From assembly GCF_000315625.1 (NCBI RefSeq), contig NW_005434671.1, positions 248,001-312,000 on the forward strand: DNA of 64,000 nt. The letters are read 5' to 3'. Within the stretch, counting starts at the first letter, position 1. Each line of letters starts with the position of its first letter. This document shows, piece by piece, positions 61,802-64,000 of the stretch. Origin of the DNA: Guillardia theta CCMP2712 (Eukaryota > Protista > Cryptophyta). Position numbers and translations under genes: made by a program. The notes below the pieces were generated by a model that was not told where the DNA came from, searched no databases, and was given only the letters and a program-made list of their open reading frames with translations.

Positions 61802-64000
61802 ATGTTGGCGATGCGGAAGGGAGGAGCTATGACGTCCTCCTCTTCCTCCTCGCCCTCTTCCTCCCTCTCCTCCCTCCTGCCCTTCGTTTGCCTCGGATAT
61901 GCCGTCGCATTCGCTCCCTCCCTCCCCGGGGTATCCAGGATGCGCCTGCCAGCGTCCGCCCCCCGTCCTTCTGCCGGCCTCCGACCCCGCACAGTCTCAT
62001 CTCCTTGCAGCAGGTTGCTGTCCCTCCGGGCGTCGCTTTCCGATGGCACGTGGGCCAGGTGCGAGCGCGTCAAGGTGGACGGCAACGTCGCTGCCTACAC
62101 GGAGGAACTCGAGGGAGCTGAAGTGGGGGTTATCCAACTGGACAAAGCCCTCACCCCTGCACAGCCCTACTACGAGGTTGAGATCGTGGAGCCAGGAACA
62201 CAATCTTGGATCGGCGTCGGCCTGGCCGACAGTTCCTACTCTCTGGACAAGCAGCCGGGATGGGATGTGAACTCTGTGGGGTACCATGCCGACGATGGGT
62301 CTTACTACCGCTGCCCCGTCCCCGATGAGATGAGCAAGAGGTGAGTTTTGGTTAGCTCCGATGTCTCTCCTCCTCTTACTGGGAGGCCTCAGTGGACGAC
62401 CAAGCCCGATGCCTCTCGTCGGGGCTCCTTTCCCTTGCTCCAAGGGAGATAAGATGGGCATCGGCCTTGAGTTCGACGACCGTGGAACCGCTCCCAGTGG
62501 CTTCCCCAGACGCGTCTTCTTCACCAAGAACGGGCTGGTGAAACAAAGCAGAACATGATTCATTCTTCCTTCTTTGCTTGATTGTTTTCCCCTCTTTCTT
62601 GTCATCGGGAAATCTCTACTCCGTCTCCTTCTTTCTCCTCTTCGTCCTCTTTCGTTTTTTCCTCGGATGCTGCTCGTAGCATTTCCTTCTTCCGCTCGCT
62701 AACATAGACGGCAGTACCTCGGGAGTGTGATCTTGGAGAAGCAGTTCCACTACTCCCTGTACCCGACTGTTGGCTTCAACTCTCCCGGCGCAAAGGTCTC
62801 CGTCAACCTCAAGGCTGACTACCCCAGGTGAGGAGGAGAAGAAGAAACCTGTTCTCCCAGCGCTCTTGTCCTGATTGTGTCCTGCAGCGTCCAGCTCATG
62901 CACGCTGCTCAGTTCTTCGGAACAAACGAGTACGCCATCGACATCACTTCCGACGCCATCGCCAAGGGCGCCGATGTCAACGTCAAGGACGCAGCTGGCA
63001 GGACGCCTCTGGTCTGCCTGCCTCTGCAAGTTGCTCGGAAAGGTGCTCACACTTTACTCGCAGCACATGGCCTCGGCCTACGGAGCCACCCCCATCGCTT
63101 CCCTCCTGCTGGAGAAGGGAGCTGATCCAGATGTGCAAGACAACATGGGCTTGACTGCCCTCCACATGTCTGCTGGCTACGTCAGGCCTACCACAACTAA
63201 GCTTCTGATCGAGAACGGAGCTGTAAGAGCCTTGCTCCTCTCCTTCTCTGCCCTCTCGTTGCTCTTGTCCCTCCTCCTCCTCCTCCTCCTCCTCCTGGTC
63301 TGATACCCGTAACAAGGACCCTGAGCTCCGCACTCAACGCAACGAGAGGGCGCTTGACTTGATCCGAAACTTGAGGAACATCACTCAGGTGAATAGAAAC
63401 TCTTTCATTATTCATTCGTCCCCTCTTCTTGCTCCTTCCTCCTGTCCTCCTACCTCAGCTGCTACGGCGCATCATCCTTCGTTTCCTCCTCGTTCCTGTC
63501 TGCTCTTTGACAAGCGGTGATCAAGGCAACCTCCATGGGAGGACTCGTCAAGGATAAGCGTTATCCCCTCATGACTGGTACGTGCGCCTTGCTTGGATTG
63601 CCCCCCGGCCCCCCGCTCCCCCCCATCCTTCCTCGAGCCTCCCCAACTCAACCTTGATTTATCCACCTCATGATTCTCCGTCCTCCGACACTCTCCCCCG
63701 CCCTTCCTCGCCATCTCTATCTCCCTCCCTCCTGCCGATGTTTCGTCAACGGGTCCACAGATTCTGTCGTGATCTTTCCCTTCTCTTTTACCCTCAACCC
63801 TCACTCCTCCTCACTCCTCACTCCTCACTCCTCCTCCTCCTCACTCCTCCTCACTCCTGCATATACATCTGAATCTTCTTGACGTGCAGAGGTCATGGAG
63901 CTTCTCCTCGGAGTCACTGAGGACCCCAACGAGTGGGTTGTCCCTGCTCCTCCCAAGCTCTCCCAGGAGCAGGAGAAGGCGATCGCTGACGCCACTGAGA
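61802..64000 (+). CDS. Plastid-targeted SPRY + ankyrin-repeat protein (runs off window)
   Basis: AVA|FAP presequence; SPRY YYEVEIVEPG..IGVGL..QPGWDVNSVGYHADDG, VFFTKNG, LYPTVG; ankyrins GADVNVKDAAGRTPL|HMASAYG and GLTALHMSAGYVRP. Confidence 0.85.

Overview
Gene-dense eukaryotic nuclear DNA with short (~50-70 nt) GT-AG introns. It is almost certainly from a cryptophyte: one rhodopsin is near-identical to my recollection of Guillardia theta GtR3, and two genes carry signal-peptide + 'AF(A/Q)P' complex-plastid presequences. Genes in order: CK2 alpha; two RWP-RK genes in an inverted repeat around a decayed, CpG-depleted relic; a spliced 44-aa microprotein; a large orphan secretory protein; an EF-hand polycystin-2-like channel; a HEAT-like protein; a head-to-head pair of DTD-motif rhodopsins next to an Aa_trans amino-acid transporter; HSP90; a membrane subtilisin; a plastid DEAD-box helicase; INO1/MIPS; a ubiquitin-like-domain orphan; an EF-hand/WD40 protein; an ECHDC3-like enoyl-CoA hydratase; a thioredoxin-fold membrane protein whose intron hosts two C/D snoRNAs; a PDK/BCKDK kinase; and a plastid-targeted SPRY-ankyrin protein. 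Strongest candidates for undescribed biology: (1) a 12-copy, two-orientation array of an 18-bp motif at 50.6-51.6 kb; (2) the divergent proton-pump rhodopsin pair, one with a LAMP-like GYxxI tail, beside a putative H+-coupled transporter; (3) a cpSRP43-like ankyrin segment in a red-lineage plastid protein; (4) paralogous intronic snoRNAs with a 1-nt register shift; (5) several promoters with 10-bp-phased motif arrays, plus recurrent GC-palindrome islands paired with GGGTA-rich tracts. Exon boundaries were read by eye and family calls come from remembered motifs; no searches were run.
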